Part shown: piece by piece, positions 46,784-57,297 of the stretch
How positions within the stretch are numbered: the first letter of the stretch is position 1
Layout: each line of letters opens with the position of its first letter
Source of the DNA: Clostridia bacterium
Lineage (GTDB): Bacteria > Bacillota > Clostridia > CAKSNL01 > HGM11501
Direction: 5' to 3'
Assembly: GCA_045545475.1 (NCBI GenBank)
Contig: JAZQAZ010000029.1
Coordinates: 29,644 to 93,643, forward strand
DNA: 64,000 bases
Made by a program: the position numbers and the translations under genes
The notes under the pieces: model-generated
The model's database searches: none
The model's input: the letters and a program-made list of their open reading frames with translations, nothing else
Told to the model about the DNA's origin: nothing

Positions 46784-47596
46784 TCATTTACTTCCGTTTC
46801 GCATTTTATAAAAAAGGTATTGCTGTGCAAAGCCTGAGTCCGCTCCGAAAAGCTCATATCCGTCGGCTCCGCCAAAATACTCATCCATTGCTCTTTTCAC
46901 CCATACATCCACCGGAAAGGAGTCGAATCGGGACAGAGAAAAAAGCAATACACAGTCTGCGACTTTGTTACCCACACCGAAAATTTCAAGAAGTGCATTT
47001 CTCGCTTCCGGCGTTTCAAGAGTCCTGATCTTCTTCTCGTCAATTTTTCCCGAAAGCACATCTCCTACCGCCTTTTCAAGATACTTTGCCCTGTAGCCCA
47101 CTCCGAATGAGGCAAAATCCGCCTCTGATACATCACGGAGAGCTTCTGCATCCGGAAAAGCGTAGTAAACCTTTCCGTCAAGCTCCCTTTCCTCTCCGTA
47201 GGCAGCACTTATTTTTTCGATGCATCCCTTAATTTTTGGAATTGAACTTCTTTGAGATATAATAAAAGACAAAAGACTTTCGAAAAATTCCTGCTTAAGG
47301 ATTCTTATACCGCTTCCGAATTCTACCGCTTCTTCCATAACCTTGTTTTTGGCTATCCGTTTCTTTATTCCGGAATAGTCCCTGTCAACGTCAAGATAGG
47401 CCTTAAAAAAATCCTCATCTTCCTTTTTTGCTCCGTTTATTTTAATTACCTTTCCGTCATAACATATATTTACCGCCCTTTTAGCTGCTACTCCGCTATA
47501 AGAACCGTCGGCGTTTTCATTCCACCTGAAACATTGACCGCAATCAAAGGTATGGCGAAGGGAAAAATCCCTGTCAAGTTTTATTTCAATACTCAT
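46784..47596 (-). CDS. 8-oxoguanine DNA glycosylase/AP lyase (OGG1-like)
   Basis: TFDCGQCFRW, FIISQ, HhH GVGNKVADC, FPVDVW, AQQYLF. Confidence 0.9.
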   Translation of the reverse strand: MSIEIKLDRDFSLRHTFDCGQCFRWNENADGSYSGVAAKRAVNICYDGKVIKINGAKKEDEDFFKAYLDVDRDYSGIKKRIAKNKVMEEAVEFGSGIRILKQEFFESLLSFIISQRSSIPKIKGCIEKISAAYGEERELDGKVYYAFPDAEALRDVSEADFASFGVGYRAKYLEKAVGDVLSGKIDEKKIRTLETPEARNALLEIFGVGNKVADCVLLFSLSRFDSFPVDVWVKRAMDEYFGGADGYELFGADSGFAQQYLFYKMRNGSK

Positions 47597-48443
47597 CTTT
47601 AGTCCTCTCCTTTTTTGATTTAACTTTCATAAATCCTTCCTCCGTGCGGCGTATAAGACCTTCTCCGCCCTTAAGCCGGAAGAAAGATTCATAGAGCATC
47701 ATGCTGCTTTTGTATTCATCGTTGTCAGAAAGCCAAAAGCAGATTGCACAAAGTGCATCCTTAATAAGTTCCTCTGTTTCGATAAATACCTCTCTGCTAA
47801 GTGCAGAGCAAGGTGCATAAATATCCTTATCTCCGTTTGAAATGTGTAAAACGCAAGGCTTACCCAAAAGATTTTCAAGTATTGCAAGAACTCCGCTTTT
47901 AGTAAAAGCATCACATATCACAATATCAGGAAGCTCTTTTGAATAAAGTTCATTTATACTGCCTTCGTAAAAGTGTCCTCTGTTCACATTACGCCTGGCT
48001 TCACTTATTCCGTAAGGGTAAATTCCCGATTTTTCAAACGCTGCCCCCTTTATTGCAAGAAAATGGACATCCTCTTTCGCAGAATCCAAAAACGCTACTC
48101 TTTTCCCGATAGTTTTATTTGCTTCCGGCGAGCTTTTATGATAAATTTCTCCATTTATAACCACAGGCTTTAAAAGTTCTGATATAAGAACACAGACTTT
48201 GCCGGTTTCTTTGGAAATAAATAAAAACTCTATGGTGTCCGCACCCATGCTTTTTGCCATCATCTCAAGGTTCCCTCTGCCGCCGGAGTCCAGATACAAA
48301 AGAGCTCTGGCCTCTTCAAAAGGATTAAAGCTCTTTCCCCACAAAGCCCTCTGACTTCTTCTCCCCAGATTTCTTATCATAGAAGAAAAATCCTCCACAA
48401 TACTTTCCCGACAAGAGGAAATATGCAAAATTTTCCGCTCCAC
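47586..48443 (-). CDS. hypothetical protein
   Basis: 285-aa ORF with GGAG RBS, overlapping the ogg start; no recognised motif. Confidence 0.6.
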   Translation of the reverse strand: MERKILHISSCRESIVEDFSSMIRNLGRRSQRALWGKSFNPFEEARALLYLDSGGRGNLEMMAKSMGADTIEFLFISKETGKVCVLISELLKPVVINGEIYHKSSPEANKTIGKRVAFLDSAKEDVHFLAIKGAAFEKSGIYPYGISEARRNVNRGHFYEGSINELYSKELPDIVICDAFTKSGVLAILENLLGKPCVLHISNGDKDIYAPCSALSREVFIETEELIKDALCAICFWLSDNDEYKSSMMLYESFFRLKGGEGLIRRTEEGFMKVKSKKERTKDEY

Positions 48444-48546
48444 AAAATCACTCCGCTAATATGAATCTACGTTATTGCTTTTTCTGAAATTAAGTGATAT
48501 AATTATACCTGTAATTTTAATTTGTGTCAAGAAAGGATGCTTCACA

Positions 48547-49260
48547 ATGGCTATAAAACTTCTGGCGTTTGACCTGGACGGCACGCTGACTCAGCATAAA
48601 ACAAAGCTTTCGGAAGAATACAGAGATTTTCTATTAAAACTTTCAGAAAAATACATCCTAATAATGGTGGGTGCGGGTAAATCTGACAGAATTTTCAATC
48701 AGATGGATTCATTCCCCATAGATGTAATCGGAAACTACGGAATGCAGTATGCAAAATACAATCCCGATAAAAAGGCCCAGGAGCTTGTATATGACATCGT
48801 GCTTCCCTGCGACAAGGCTCTTTGTGAGGAGAGAATCACTTATCTTCGCAAAAAGCACGGATTTACCGAATATGCCGGAGATAATGTTGAATTTCATTCC
48901 TCGGGCTGTGTTACTTTCCCGCTCCTTGGTACAAAGGCCAAACAGGAAGACAAGCTTTCCTTTGACCCGGACAGAAAGAAACGCCGTGCATTTTACTCGG
49001 AGGTTTGCGAAACCTTCCCCGAATACAATGTATTTGTGGGCGGTTCCTCCTCCTTTGACATGGCACCCATGCCGTACAACAAATACTATGCACTCTCAAA
49101 ATATTGCGAAGAAAAAGGCATTTTACACGATGAAGTAATTTTCTTCGGAGACGATTACGGCGAAGGCGGGAATGACGAATCTGTTTATAAATCAGACTTC
49201 GGATTCATAAAGGTTGACGATTACAGAAACTTTATAACTCTCGCTTCCCATCTTTTATGA
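48547..49260 (+). CDS. HAD-IIB hydrolase (eukaryotic phosphomannomutase-like)
   Basis: FDLDGTL, GGSSSFD, NKYY, FFGDD...GGND. Confidence 0.8.
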   Translation: MAIKLLAFDLDGTLTQHKTKLSEEYRDFLLKLSEKYILIMVGAGKSDRIFNQMDSFPIDVIGNYGMQYAKYNPDKKAQELVYDIVLPCDKALCEERITYLRKKHGFTEYAGDNVEFHSSGCVTFPLLGTKAKQEDKLSFDPDRKKRRAFYSEVCETFPEYNVFVGGSSSFDMAPMPYNKYYALSKYCEEKGILHDEVIFFGDDYGEGGNDESVYKSDFGFIKVDDYRNFITLASHLL

Positions 49261-49276
49261 GAAAGGACAGTAAAAC

Positions 49277-50530
49277 ATGGATATTAAGTCACTTTTAAAA
49301 ACATTTACCTGCTCCTGCGGAAAAGAACACAGTTGCGATATTAAAGATGTTTTCATCGAAAAAGATGCCGCAAAAAGAATCACCGACTCGGCTAAAGGTT
49401 ACAATACCATAACCGTAGCCGCTGACAAAAATACCTATGCACAAAGCGGAAAAGACGTAGAAAAAGCTCTTTTTGGAAAAAACTATAAGGTTTATATTTT
49501 CCCCGATGAGTTGCTTGTTCCCAACGAAGATGCCATAGCACGCCTTAAAAATGCTCTTCTTCAAAACACTGACCTTATCATCGGAATCGGAAGCGGTGTT
49601 ATGCAGGATTTATGCAAATATGTAAGCTTTGAAGAAAAGATTCCCTATCACATCGTGGCAACAGCTCCCTCCATGGACGGCTATGCCTCCAAGGGTGCGG
49701 CAATGATTATCGGCAACATGAAGATCACATATAACGCTCATGTTCCGGAAGTAATTTATGCCGATACGGAGGTTTTAAAAAACGCTCCTCTCGATATGAT
49801 AAAGTCCGGATTTGGTGACATTGTGGGAAAATATTCCTGCCTCAATGACTGGAAATTGGCACATGCGGTAAACAACGAATATATATGCCCCTATGTATAT
49901 GACCTTACCTTTGATATGCTTCTTTCTGTTAAGGATTTGGGACCTGCTCTTCTTCGCCGTGACAGCGAAGCTGTCAAAAAGCTTATGGAGGCTTTGGTGG
50001 GCGTGGGAATCGCCATGGCTTATGTTGGTAACTCCCGCCCCGCTTCAGGAAGCGAGCATCATATGTCTCACTTTTTTGAGGTTTTGGGAATCATGAAAAA
50101 AGAGCCTTATTTCATGCACGGAACCGATGTGCTTTATTCTGCATATTACACCGAAAAAATGCGTGAAGAGCTTATTTCTCTCACCGAAGTTAAAGCTAAA
50201 AGTTCATTCTCCATGGATGAATGGAAAAAAACAATAAGAGATATTTATCTGGATGCAGCAGATGGTGTTATTTCTCTCCAGGAAAAGCAAGGCTGGTATA
50301 AAGAGGATAAGATTCCCGTATATAAGGAAAAATGGGAGGAAATCGTAAAGGTTTTATCCGAAGTTCCTTCGTCCTGCGAGCTTCTTACCTTAATTGAAAG
50401 CGTAGGCCTTGATATAAAGGAATTTGAAAATCTCTACGGCGAAGAAAAAATCAAAAACGCCATGCTTTATGCAAAGGACTTAAAGGACAGATATTCTGTT
50501 TTGTGGCTCTACTTTGCACTAATGGCATAA
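49277..50530 (+). CDS. sn-glycerol-1-phosphate dehydrogenase (AraM/EgsA family)
   Basis: CSCGKEH, GSGVMQDLCK, TAPSMDGYAS, SRPASGSEHH.SH, HG. Confidence 0.88.
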   Translation: MDIKSLLKTFTCSCGKEHSCDIKDVFIEKDAAKRITDSAKGYNTITVAADKNTYAQSGKDVEKALFGKNYKVYIFPDELLVPNEDAIARLKNALLQNTDLIIGIGSGVMQDLCKYVSFEEKIPYHIVATAPSMDGYASKGAAMIIGNMKITYNAHVPEVIYADTEVLKNAPLDMIKSGFGDIVGKYSCLNDWKLAHAVNNEYICPYVYDLTFDMLLSVKDLGPALLRRDSEAVKKLMEALVGVGIAMAYVGNSRPASGSEHHMSHFFEVLGIMKKEPYFMHGTDVLYSAYYTEKMREELISLTEVKAKSSFSMDEWKKTIRDIYLDAADGVISLQEKQGWYKEDKIPVYKEKWEEIVKVLSEVPSSCELLTLIESVGLDIKEFENLYGEEKIKNAMLYAKDLKDRYSVLWLYFALMA

Positions 50531-50540
50531 AAAAATAAAA

Positions 50541-50825
50541 AGGAGATGTAAAAAAAGTCCAGACCGCAAAAAGGCAAATAAATTAGTGGATTGGGCAAAG
50601 TTACAAACTCTATGTTGTAAAATAGTGTTGAAAAATCGCATTTCTGCGATTTTTCTTCATTTTGAGCCTTTTTGCTACGAACAAACTTCACCCTCAACTA
50701 TGTGAATAAAACCAAAGGTTTTAGAACAAAAGTCGGAGACTCGATGTCTCAGGCTTTTATTAATATCTATATACGCCTTCGGGCGGTGCAGTTTGTCCGT
50801 TCTGAAGCATTTTTTCCTATCTCCT
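50541..50825. repeat. structured dispersed repeat, copy 2
   Basis: Shares three conserved blocks and both ends with 14323-14541; longer second loop. Confidence 0.85.
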
Positions 50826-50867
50826 GAAAAAGGGGCTGTAATTATTTTACAGCCCCTTTCTTTATTT

Positions 50868-51506
50868 TTAATAGGTGAAAAATCCGTCATCTGTATTTAC
50901 ATTGTGTATTCCGTAACACTGAAGCGTTTCGGGAAATTCTTCTTCAAAGCGGTAGGGCCACCACCATAAAAATTCCTCTTTCACATTATCCGTTTCAGCC
51001 CCGGGAGTATAGAATATAAATTCTGTTCCGCCGTCAAGTCCATAAGGTGTACTTGCAACATATAAAACGCCGTCCTCAATCCACTGTTCTCCCTCTTCCT
51101 TTTCGGTTGTGATTTCGGTAATAGTCATTTTATAGGATACTTCATCAATCTTCTCAACTATTTCAAACTTGCCTGCAAAATCACATACATAGCATGTTCC
51201 GTTGGGATTATTCTCTCCGATTTCTCCCATGTTTGAATCATGGAAAGAACCATTAAAGCTTCCGTCCTTTTCAAGATAAAGCTCTGTGCCCCAGGCCCCC
51301 GCACCGCTGGAAAAGTAAAACTCCAAAACTTCGTCAAAGGGAAGTAAAATTTTATTTTCAGATTCTATTTCCTTATCATTTTCTTTTGTTATCTCTTCTG
51401 TTATTTCTCCGCCCGCAGTTTCTGTTTCTTCACCGTTTTTCATACAGCCCGAAAATGCAGACAGTATAAGCATGAGAACCAGTAAAATTCCAATAAATCT
51501 TTTCAT
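50868..51506 (-). CDS. lipoprotein, uncharacterised
   Basis: Lipobox FSGC; FSSGAGAW.T.L....DGSF.G.FHDS motif. Confidence 0.75.
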   Translation of the reverse strand: MKRFIGILLVLMLILSAFSGCMKNGEETETAGGEITEEITKENDKEIESENKILLPFDEVLEFYFSSGAGAWGTELYLEKDGSFNGSFHDSNMGEIGENNPNGTCYVCDFAGKFEIVEKIDEVSYKMTITEITTEKEEGEQWIEDGVLYVASTPYGLDGGTEFIFYTPGAETDNVKEEFLWWWPYRFEEEFPETLQCYGIHNVNTDDGFFTY

Positions 51507-51573
51507 GATAGCCTCCTTTTATCAAAAAACGGCGGAAAATATCCCCGCCGTTTTATGCTTTCAAAACCTTTGA

Positions 51574-54168
51574 TTAAAAATTGTTTTCCTTTCTCTCTTC
51601 GGGATCCACAACTCTTACAATAATTGCAGAAACCTCAGCTCTCGAAATATTCGCCTTAGGATTGAAGGTTCCGTATGCATCGCTGCCTGAAAGAACGCCT
51701 GCGTTATAGAGGTAAAGTATTTCATAATAATACTTATTGCTCTCGTCAACATCGGGAATTTCTTCAACATCGTTTATCTCTTTAAGAGCATCCTCGGGAA
51801 TTATATTAGCGAAGATATATGCCATTTCTTCACGGGTTATAGCTCTGTCATAGTTTGTAAAGTCCTTCTTTTTAATGATGCCTTCTTCTATTGCGTAGTT
51901 CACATAGCCTTCATACCATGTGCTGCCTGCTTTGAATTCGGTTTCGTTGTTATAGTAAATATCGTGAACTCGTGCAGCAATCGTAAGTGCCTCTGCAACA
52001 GTGATGCTTCCGGAAGGATCGAACGTTCCGTCTGCACGGCCTGACATAAGACCGTAACGATATGCAAGCTTAACAACGCCGGACTGCTTGGAGCCGTACC
52101 ATGCATCTTCATCAATATCAGAAAAAATACCGCTGTTATACATTCTCTGGAATTTGAAGTTTTCAATTCCCTCGTCTGTTGCCTCTACCTTTATAACCAC
52201 GGTACCTGTGAAATCATCTTCCTCAACAGTTACCGCTGTGTACTTAATAGTGATGTTACCTGCACGCTCGGGAACAAAGCTTACATCGGAGATGAGCATA
52301 TCATCGTCTTCGTAATAATATTCATAACCCTTTTTAACTTCTTCCTCGTCTTTTCCGCCGTAATCATAGTAAAGTGTTCCGTAGGTTGCGGAGGGAAGAG
52401 TGAAGACTACATATTCAAGATCGTCGCCCCAGAATTCATCGCAAGTATCATAAAAGTCATCGCCGTCAAACTTAACAGCTTTGCCCTTTTCGCCCTTGTA
52501 ATTGATGGGATCGGGAGCATCCTCGTCATCGTCATCCTTAACTGTTGTAGTTCCGGTTACAGTAATTTTAATCTTACCGGTAAAGCGTGTTCCCTCGTCG
52601 GAATAACCGGTGTAGCTTATGGAAACAGTTCCCTTGTATCCTGACTTGGGAACGAAGCTTACATACTTTATGTAATCTGCCTCTGAATTGTAGAACTTTG
52701 TGGCGGAAGAAACCTTTTCATTTTCGTCCTTGCCCGAAGAATACTTATAGTAAAGTGTACCCTGGCTTGACGAAGGAAGAGTAAACTTTACATATTCCAA
52801 AGCTTCGCCTGTAGCTTCCTTGCAGGCATTTGTAAAGCTTGATGCAGAAAATGTTTTATAGGATGTGTTCTTTACAGAATACTTAATATCGTCCGCCTGA
52901 TCTGCACTTGAAGTATCCACCTTAATGGTAACAGTACCGTTATAGCTGTCTCCGTCAATGCTGTATCCTTCATAGTCCACAAACACTGTTCCTTCATAAT
53001 CTGTTTTTGGAACATATGCCATAAGATAGAGATAGGGGCTCTTTCCGTAGTAGTACTTCTTTGAAGAGGACATTTTTGCCTTTTCACCCTCTTCATCGTC
53101 GTAGTCATAATAAAGTGAACCTTCGGAGGGTGATGAGAATTTCACATAGGAAAGCTTTGTACCTGTTTCCTCCAAACACACTTTGTTAAAATCGGAAGGG
53201 GTGAAGAATACAGATTCTCCGGTAACTTCATAATAGATGTCATAGTCATTGTTTGATGACTCTACCTTTATGCCCATAACACCTTCGTATTTTTCGCCAT
53301 CAGCATCATACGCATAATATGTAAGAGTAAAGTTTTCTTCAGCATCTTCGGATACAAGAAGCGTAACCTTGTCAATCAAGGTGGACTTTTCTGTATCCCT
53401 ATAATATTTAGTTGTAGCCTTTACCTTTGTATTTGATGTTTTTGAAGCCTTGTAGTCATAGTAAAGCACGCCTTCAGTTTCCGCATCGGGAAGTTCAAAG
53501 GTTATGTAGCTTAAAGAGAAACCTGCGTTACGGCAAAGGGAATTAATTTCAGATGCATCAAATGTAATTTTATCTCCGGGATCAACATAATGATTTATCT
53601 TTTCAAGATCGCCCTTTTCCTCAGCCATTGTAACTTCTACAATAATCATACCTTCAAAGGTTACTCCCTTTTCGGTGCTGTAGCCTGTATAGTAGATTTC
53701 CGCTTCGCCTTCAAAGGTTGGTTTGGGAACATAGCTTATCTTGGATATAAGCTTTGCAGTGGAGCTTGAAGAGCTTCTGAGATACTCTGTACCTATTTTA
53801 ACCTTATCTCCATTATCGCCGTCATAATCATGCCATAGTGAGCCGCTACCGGCTGTGATTTCATTAATTTTAATACTCTTTAATTCATTTTTGGTTTCAT
53901 CGCTGCAAGCCTGAACAAAATCAGCAACCTTAAATTTAAGCACCTCGTCGCTCTCAATTGAGTAGCGAATTGCCTTATCTCTGATTGTAGGTTCCTCTTC
54001 TTCCTCTTCTTCCGGGCCGCCCTCAAGATTTTCTTCTCCGCCCTCAAGTTCTTCAGCTGCCGGTGAGAGTGTAATTTCCTCTTCAGCCTCCTCAGCAAAA
54101 GAAGGCACCAGTCCTAAGCAAAGCATAATTGCAAGGAGCCATACAAGTATTTTTTTCATCATTTTCAT
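51574..54168 (-). CDS. SLH-anchored surface protein with five ~120-aa cadherin/Ig-like repeats
   Basis: Signal peptide; repeated F...C...L.Y..F..P...G.LYYDY...YY...I..V.FVP..G...I.Y..Y...G...I.V; three C-terminal SLH domains. Confidence 0.85.
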   Translation of the reverse strand: MKMMKKILVWLLAIMLCLGLVPSFAEEAEEEITLSPAAEELEGGEENLEGGPEEEEEEEPTIRDKAIRYSIESDEVLKFKVADFVQACSDETKNELKSIKINEITAGSGSLWHDYDGDNGDKVKIGTEYLRSSSSSTAKLISKISYVPKPTFEGEAEIYYTGYSTEKGVTFEGMIIVEVTMAEEKGDLEKINHYVDPGDKITFDASEINSLCRNAGFSLSYITFELPDAETEGVLYYDYKASKTSNTKVKATTKYYRDTEKSTLIDKVTLLVSEDAEENFTLTYYAYDADGEKYEGVMGIKVESSNNDYDIYYEVTGESVFFTPSDFNKVCLEETGTKLSYVKFSSPSEGSLYYDYDDEEGEKAKMSSSKKYYYGKSPYLYLMAYVPKTDYEGTVFVDYEGYSIDGDSYNGTVTIKVDTSSADQADDIKYSVKNTSYKTFSASSFTNACKEATGEALEYVKFTLPSSSQGTLYYKYSSGKDENEKVSSATKFYNSEADYIKYVSFVPKSGYKGTVSISYTGYSDEGTRFTGKIKITVTGTTTVKDDDDEDAPDPINYKGEKGKAVKFDGDDFYDTCDEFWGDDLEYVVFTLPSATYGTLYYDYGGKDEEEVKKGYEYYYEDDDMLISDVSFVPERAGNITIKYTAVTVEEDDFTGTVVIKVEATDEGIENFKFQRMYNSGIFSDIDEDAWYGSKQSGVVKLAYRYGLMSGRADGTFDPSGSITVAEALTIAARVHDIYYNNETEFKAGSTWYEGYVNYAIEEGIIKKKDFTNYDRAITREEMAYIFANIIPEDALKEINDVEEIPDVDESNKYYYEILYLYNAGVLSGSDAYGTFNPKANISRAEVSAIIVRVVDPEERKENNF

Positions 54169-54340
54169 CAGTCCCTTTCTTTAGTGTATTCTGATTTATA
54201 TGTATTTTATTTCCCTCAAAATAATTTACATTTACACACATTAAATTATACCATTTAACACTAAGGATGTCAAGTTATTACGAGTTCTTTTATTTGTAAA
54301 CTTTTAGTTAAAAAGAGGATGCGTTGCATCCTCTCTGAAA

Positions 54341-55150
54341 TTATTTACCCAGCTTTTTTGTCTTTTCATAGGATGCCAGTGCCGCATTAATTAGCGTGGC
54401 ACGAAAGGCACCTTCCTCCAGAACCTTTACCCCTTCAATTGTACTTCCGCCGGGACTTGTTACCATATCCTTAAGCTGCGAAGGATTCAAATCCGATTCC
54501 CTCGCCAGCAGTGCAGAACCTAAAAGTGTCTGTATCGCAAGGGAAAGTGCTTTATCCTTGGGAATTCCCGCAGCAACACCGCCGTCTGCAAGAGCATCCA
54601 AAAACATAAAGCAAAATGCAGGTCCGCAACCCGAAATTGCCGTTCCGGCATCTATCAGCTTTTCGGGAAATTCACATATTTCTCCGCTTTTTTCCATAAT
54701 ATGCAGAAATTCAGACTTATCCTTTGCGGTTACATTTTCACTAGCACTCATAAGAATCATTCCCTCGCCCACCGAAACAGGAGTGTTAGGCATAATTCTT
54801 ATAATTTTTATACCTTTCCCGAACTTTTCGGAAAGTTTTTTCATTTCAACACCTGCAAGCATTGAAACAAGAATGAGATTATCTCCTCTTTCGCAAAGTA
54901 CGCCGGAAAGCTCCTCTGCGATTTCGTCTAAATTCTGAGGCTTTACCGCAAGAAAGATAAATTCTGCATTTTCTGCTACATCCTTTGTGCTTCCGAAAGA
55001 TGCTGAAAGCTCCTTCGCCTTTGATTCCGCTTCGCTTTCCTCTTTTGCGGAAAGAATTATTTCTTTTCCGCCCACTGTCTTTTCCGCCGCCTTTGCAAGG
55101 GCAAAGCCCATATTACCGCAGCCTATAAAGCCAACCTTGTATTTACCCAT
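54341..55150 (-). CDS. proC: pyrroline-5-carboxylate reductase
   Basis: GFIGCGNMG, AVKPQ, RIMPNTP, SGCGPA, VTSPGGSTI. Confidence 0.95.
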   Translation of the reverse strand: MGKYKVGFIGCGNMGFALAKAAEKTVGGKEIILSAKEESEAESKAKELSASFGSTKDVAENAEFIFLAVKPQNLDEIAEELSGVLCERGDNLILVSMLAGVEMKKLSEKFGKGIKIIRIMPNTPVSVGEGMILMSASENVTAKDKSEFLHIMEKSGEICEFPEKLIDAGTAISGCGPAFCFMFLDALADGGVAAGIPKDKALSLAIQTLLGSALLARESDLNPSQLKDMVTSPGGSTIEGVKVLEEGAFRATLINAALASYEKTKKLGK

Positions 55151-55154
55151 AAAA

Positions 55155-56411
55155 TCACCTTACCTGTCCGTTTCCTTCAATTATATATTTATATGCCGTA
55201 AGCTCGGAAAGCCCCATAGGGCCACGGGCGTGCATTTTCTGGGTGGATATACCCATTTCACAGCCCAGACCGAACTCGCCCCCGTCGGTAAAACGGGTGG
55301 AGGCATTTACATAAACCGCCGCAGAATCCGTTTCGATGCAGAACTTTTCCGCCGCATCCTTATTTTCCGTGATTATTGCTTCACTGTGCCCCGTCGAGTG
55401 CATAAGTATATGCTCGATTGCTTCATCAACGGAAGACACAACCTTCACGGCCAAGATATAGTCTAAAAATTCGGTGTCGAAATCGTTTTCTCCCGCTTTT
55501 ACACCTTCGATTATTTCTGCCGCCTTATCAGAAAGCCTTAATTCCACGGGAATTTTGCCTTCAGCTTTTCGCTTGTCTGAAAGAGTTGCCTTTACCACTG
55601 GCAGGAATTTTTCCGCCACGTCCTCATGAACAAGCAGCACCTCCGCCGCGTTACACACGGAAGGACGGCTGGTTTTCGCATTTTCAAGAATTTTTATTGC
55701 CCGTAAGAGGTCTGCATCCTTATCCACATAGATGTGGCAGATGCCCGTACCCGTATGGATGCAGGGAACGGTGGCGTTTTTAACGCAGGCGTTAATCAAT
55801 CCCGCACCGCCACGGGGGATTAAAAGATCAACAAGCCCTTCTGCCGTCATTAATACGTTTGCACTTTCCCTTGTCAAGTCGCTGACCAGGTTTATGATGT
55901 CGGAGGAAAGCCCTGCCGAAACAAGCCCTTTTTTAAGGGCATCAACTATCGCCTTGCTTGTGTTGTAGGCTTCCTTTCCGCCACGGAGAACCACCGCATT
56001 TCCGCTTTTTACAGCAAGTGATGCGGCATCGCTCGTCACGTTGGGGCGGCTTTCGTAAATAATTGCGATAAGTCCCATAGGAACTCTTCTTTTCACAATT
56101 TTAAGACCGTTTGGGCGCACGGTTTCCGATATTTCCTCGCCCACCGGATCGGGAAGAAGGGCAATTTCCTTCATCCCCTTTGCCATTGATTCAATTCTTT
56201 CTTCATTAAGCATAAGGCGGTCAATCATAACATCGGAAATTTTGCCTTTGGCGTTTTCAATGTCAATTTTGTTTGCAGAAAGGATTTCCTTAGCACTTGA
56301 AACAAGGCTTTCCGCCATAAGGTTTATCGCCTTGTTTTTAGTCTCTGTGCTTGCGGTTTTTATAAATTTTACCGCTTTTTTCGTCTCTTTTATAAGCTCA
56401 AGTGTTTCCAT
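55155..56411 (-). CDS. proA: gamma-glutamyl phosphate reductase
   Basis: YESRPNVT, LRGGKEA, SVCNAAE, NASTRFTDGGEFGLG, HARGPMGL. Confidence 0.96.
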   Translation of the reverse strand: METLELIKETKKAVKFIKTASTETKNKAINLMAESLVSSAKEILSANKIDIENAKGKISDVMIDRLMLNEERIESMAKGMKEIALLPDPVGEEISETVRPNGLKIVKRRVPMGLIAIIYESRPNVTSDAASLAVKSGNAVVLRGGKEAYNTSKAIVDALKKGLVSAGLSSDIINLVSDLTRESANVLMTAEGLVDLLIPRGGAGLINACVKNATVPCIHTGTGICHIYVDKDADLLRAIKILENAKTSRPSVCNAAEVLLVHEDVAEKFLPVVKATLSDKRKAEGKIPVELRLSDKAAEIIEGVKAGENDFDTEFLDYILAVKVVSSVDEAIEHILMHSTGHSEAIITENKDAAEKFCIETDSAAVYVNASTRFTDGGEFGLGCEMGISTQKMHARGPMGLSELTAYKYIIEGNGQVR

Positions 56412-56414
56412 AAT

Positions 56415-57179
56415 TTACCTCTTTAAAAATCGTGTACCGATGCTTTTACCCTCAACTATATCGTAAAGAACTTCAGGCTCTGCACCGTTTGCGATTATCA
56501 TATCGCAGTGGGCAGCCGTTGCAATTTCAGCCGCACGGATTTTGGTTATCATACCGCCTGTGCCAAGGCTGCTGCCGCTTCCGCCTGCAAGGGCTTTTAT
56601 ATCCTCCGTAATTTCAGTAACCACGGGGATTAACTTTGCATCGGGGTTGTTTTTGGGATTTTTATCGTAAAGTCCGTCAATATCCGAAAGAATTACAAGC
56701 AAATCCGCACCGATGGATGCCGAAACCTCGGCAGACAGGGTATCGTTGTCGCCTATTTCGATTTCCTCGGTTGAAACGGTGTCGTTTTCGTTTATTACGG
56801 GAAGCACCGAAAGCGCCAGCAGCCTCTCCAGCGTGTTATGGAAATTAGCCTTACGCTCGGGATTTTTAACGTCCGGCGCGGTGATTAATATCTGTGCCAC
56901 GTTGTGGTTGTATTCTGAAAAAAGCTTATCATATGTATACATAAGCTCGCACTGGCCTACCGCTGCCGCCGCCTGCTTTCCCGGAATATCGGAAGGTCTT
57001 TCCGTAAGTCCCAGCTTGCCGACGCCCATACCGATGGCACCGGAGGAAACTAAAATAATTTCGTGTCCGGCGTTTTTAAGGTCACTTAAAACCTTGCAGA
57101 GCGCCTCTATTCTTCTTATGTTAAGCCTGCCCGTCGCGTGAGCAAGGGTGCTTGTTCCGACTTTAACCACTATTTTCAT
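56415..57179 (-). CDS. proB: glutamate 5-kinase (no PUA domain)
   Basis: [32 protein letters not shown]. Confidence 0.95.
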   Translation of the reverse strand: MKIVVKVGTSTLAHATGRLNIRRIEALCKVLSDLKNAGHEIILVSSGAIGMGVGKLGLTERPSDIPGKQAAAAVGQCELMYTYDKLFSEYNHNVAQILITAPDVKNPERKANFHNTLERLLALSVLPVINENDTVSTEEIEIGDNDTLSAEVSASIGADLLVILSDIDGLYDKNPKNNPDAKLIPVVTEITEDIKALAGGSGSSLGTGGMITKIRAAEIATAAHCDMIIANGAEPEVLYDIVEGKSIGTRFLKR

Positions 57180-57297
57180 CTTTTCAGGTCCTTTCACCTT
57201 TTAATGCCTATCATTTTACCACAATAAAGCAATATTGTAAACATATTTTTTGCCGGAAAAGAGAAACTGCCGGATGTCTTTGACACCCGGCATAAAA

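Noticed and set aside
57180-57297. T-box riboswitch upstream of proBA
   Set aside because: The leader is too short and has no T-box motif; only a terminator hairpin and a SigA-like promoter are visible.
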